Assembly: GCA_043758955.1 (NCBI GenBank)
Contig: JAYVML010000200.1
Span: 1 to 62,910 of the forward strand
From: Novosphingobium sp.
Lineage (GTDB): Bacteria > Pseudomonadota > Alphaproteobacteria > Sphingomonadales > Sphingomonadaceae
Length of the DNA: 62,910 nt
Reading direction: 5' to 3'
Shown here: piece after piece, positions 61,445 to 62,910 of the stretch
How positions within the stretch are numbered: position 1 is the stretch's first letter
Layout: each line of letters begins with the position of its first letter
The notes under the pieces: model-generated
Databases searched by the model: none
What the model was told of the DNA's origin: nothing
What the model saw: only the letters and a program-made list of their open reading frames with translations
Translations under genes and position numbers: made by a program

Positions 61445-62617
61445 TCAAACCATTTCAACAATCGTGACGTTGGCGACCCCGCCGCCTTCGCACATCGTTT
61501 GCAATCCGTACTTCTTGCCGCGCGCCTTAAGGCCGTGCAGCAGCGTTGCCATCAACTTGGTGCCCGAAGCGCCGAGCGGGTGCCCCAAGGCAATCGCGCC
61601 GCCATTGACGTTGAGCCGCGCCGGATCAGCGCCGGTGTGCTTGAGCCAGGCCATCGGCACCGACGCAAAGGCCTCGTTGACTTCGTACAGGTCGATATCG
61701 TCGATGCTCAGCCCGGCGCGCGCAAGCGCCTTGTCGGTCGCGAACAGCGGCTCTTCCAGCATGATCACGGGATCACCTGCGGTTACCGCCAAGGTATGGA
61801 TTCGCGCCAGCGGAGTCAGATTATAACGCTTGAGCGCTTCCTCAGAAACCACCAATACCGCCGACGATCCGTCGCAGATCTGGCTCGAAGTGGCAGCAGT
61901 CAGCGCACCGCCTTCGCTCAGCAGCTTGACCGCAGCGATCCCCTCGAACGTCGCATCGAAGCGGATGCCCTCGTCGATCGTGTGTACCGCTGAGCCATCG
62001 GGCGTCTCGATCGAAATCGGCACGATCTCATTCGTAAAAGCGCCGCTCTGCGTAGCGGCAATGGCCTTCTGGTGGCTTTCGAACGCAAACCGGTCGAGCG
62101 CCTCCTTGGTCAGCCCGTGCTTCTTGACGATCATCTCGGCCCCGGCGAACTGAGTCCAGCCTGGCCCGGGATAGTTTTCGGCCAGACCGGGCGAGCGCGA
62201 ATTACCCATCCCCTCCTTCATAAACAGCATCGTGGTCGCGCCCATCGGCACGCGGCTCATGCTTTCCACCCCGGCCGCGACCACCACATCCTGCGTGCCT
62301 GACATTACCGCCTGCGCAGCGAACTGGATCGCCTGCTGTGATGATCCGCACTGGCGGTCGATCGTTACCGCCGGGGTCGATTGCAGCAGCAGCTTCGAGG
62401 CGAGTACCGCGTTGCGGCCCACCTGGTTGGCCTGTTCGCCGCCCTGGCCGACGCAGCCCATCACCACATCGTCAATCCCCGCCGGATCAATCCCACTGCG
62501 CGCAACCAGCGCATCAAGGCTGGCTGCGGCCAGATCGACCGGGTGGATTCCCGCAAGCCGCCCGCCGCGGCGTCCGCCAGCGGTGCGCACTGCATCGACG
62601 ATATAAGCTGTAGCCAT
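61445..62617 (-). CDS. Acetyl-CoA C-acyltransferase (thiolase)
   Basis: DRQCGSS (catalytic Cys), GVESMS, NEAFA, GGAIALGHPLGASG, CEGGG. Confidence 0.95.
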   Translation of the reverse strand: MATAYIVDAVRTAGGRRGGRLAGIHPVDLAAASLDALVARSGIDPAGIDDVVMGCVGQGGEQANQVGRNAVLASKLLLQSTPAVTIDRQCGSSQQAIQFAAQAVMSGTQDVVVAAGVESMSRVPMGATTMLFMKEGMGNSRSPGLAENYPGPGWTQFAGAEMIVKKHGLTKEALDRFAFESHQKAIAATQSGAFTNEIVPISIETPDGSAVHTIDEGIRFDATFEGIAAVKLLSEGGALTAATSSQICDGSSAVLVVSEEALKRYNLTPLARIHTLAVTAGDPVIMLEEPLFATDKALARAGLSIDDIDLYEVNEAFASVPMAWLKHTGADPARLNVNGGAIALGHPLGASGTKLMATLLHGLKARGKKYGLQTMCEGGGVANVTIVEMV

Positions 62618-62636
62618 GGGCGCGAGTCCTCTGCGT

Positions 62637-62656
62637 GTTTAACCGAACGATTAAAC
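62637..62656. promoter_or_regulatory. Palindromic operator candidate upstream of the thiolase operon
   Basis: GTTTAACCG-AA-CGATTAAAC, about 20 bp upstream of the thiolase ATG. Confidence 0.65.
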
Positions 62657-62910
62657 AGCCCGGCGGTGAGCGTCAAGCGGCGAGCATTGATCGGACCCTA
62701 CTATCTATACCAAAAGTTACTGTGGTAATTTCAACACAAGCGCTGCCGAAATGTTGCGCCGGACTTTTCGAGAATTGCCAGCCCGAGACACTTCTCGCAG
62801 GGTACGCGAATGAAGTTCCGTGCACGGGGCAAGTGGTGAACTGACAGCTTCGCTGGCAGATCAACCAGATCGAACTTCTACCGATATCGTCGGGTTCATA
62901 GACCAAGGGG

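Noticed and set aside
62673-62906. 77-aa minus-strand ORF at the right edge
   Set aside because: No recognisable motif; it may be the end of a gene starting outside the window or non-coding, and cannot be judged here.

Overview
High-GC alphaproteobacterial chromosome segment. Gene order and protein style point to Sphingomonadales, probably Novosphingobium/Erythrobacter-like (inference). It is almost entirely core genome. The blocks are the dcw cluster (mraZ-rsmH-ftsL-ftsI-murE-murF-mraY-murD-ftsW-murG-murC), cysK/fdx, alkA-like, ccmAB, map, an M17 aminopeptidase, argC, glnB-glnA (with NtrC/sigma54 signals), ate, ilvA, argS-SPOR-nagZ-scpAB-tatABC, ispH-thrB-rnhA, a Tad/Cpa pilus locus lacking its ATPase and pilin, and a thiolase-SDR-ECH-TetR-mtnP-maiA run followed by marR-FAH. 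I see no rRNA, tRNA, CRISPR array, integrase, transposase or prophage, and no large self-contained novel system. The best candidates for something undescribed are small. (1) An islet after glnA with two EcfG-type (GGAAC-N17-(C/A)GTT) promoters, a 48-aa membrane protein, an orphan phage-type lysozyme, a secreted Tyr-repeat protein and a fasciclin lipoprotein. (2) A secreted papain-family protein whose catalytic His is replaced by Gln, next to an SH3-only gene. (3) A 20-bp operator-like palindrome shared by two promoters 33 kb apart. (4) A small membrane-protein gene, absent from the ORF track, that is split by an in-frame TGA. (5) Several REP/MITE-like palindrome families. All functional calls come from motif recognition by eye; no searches were run.
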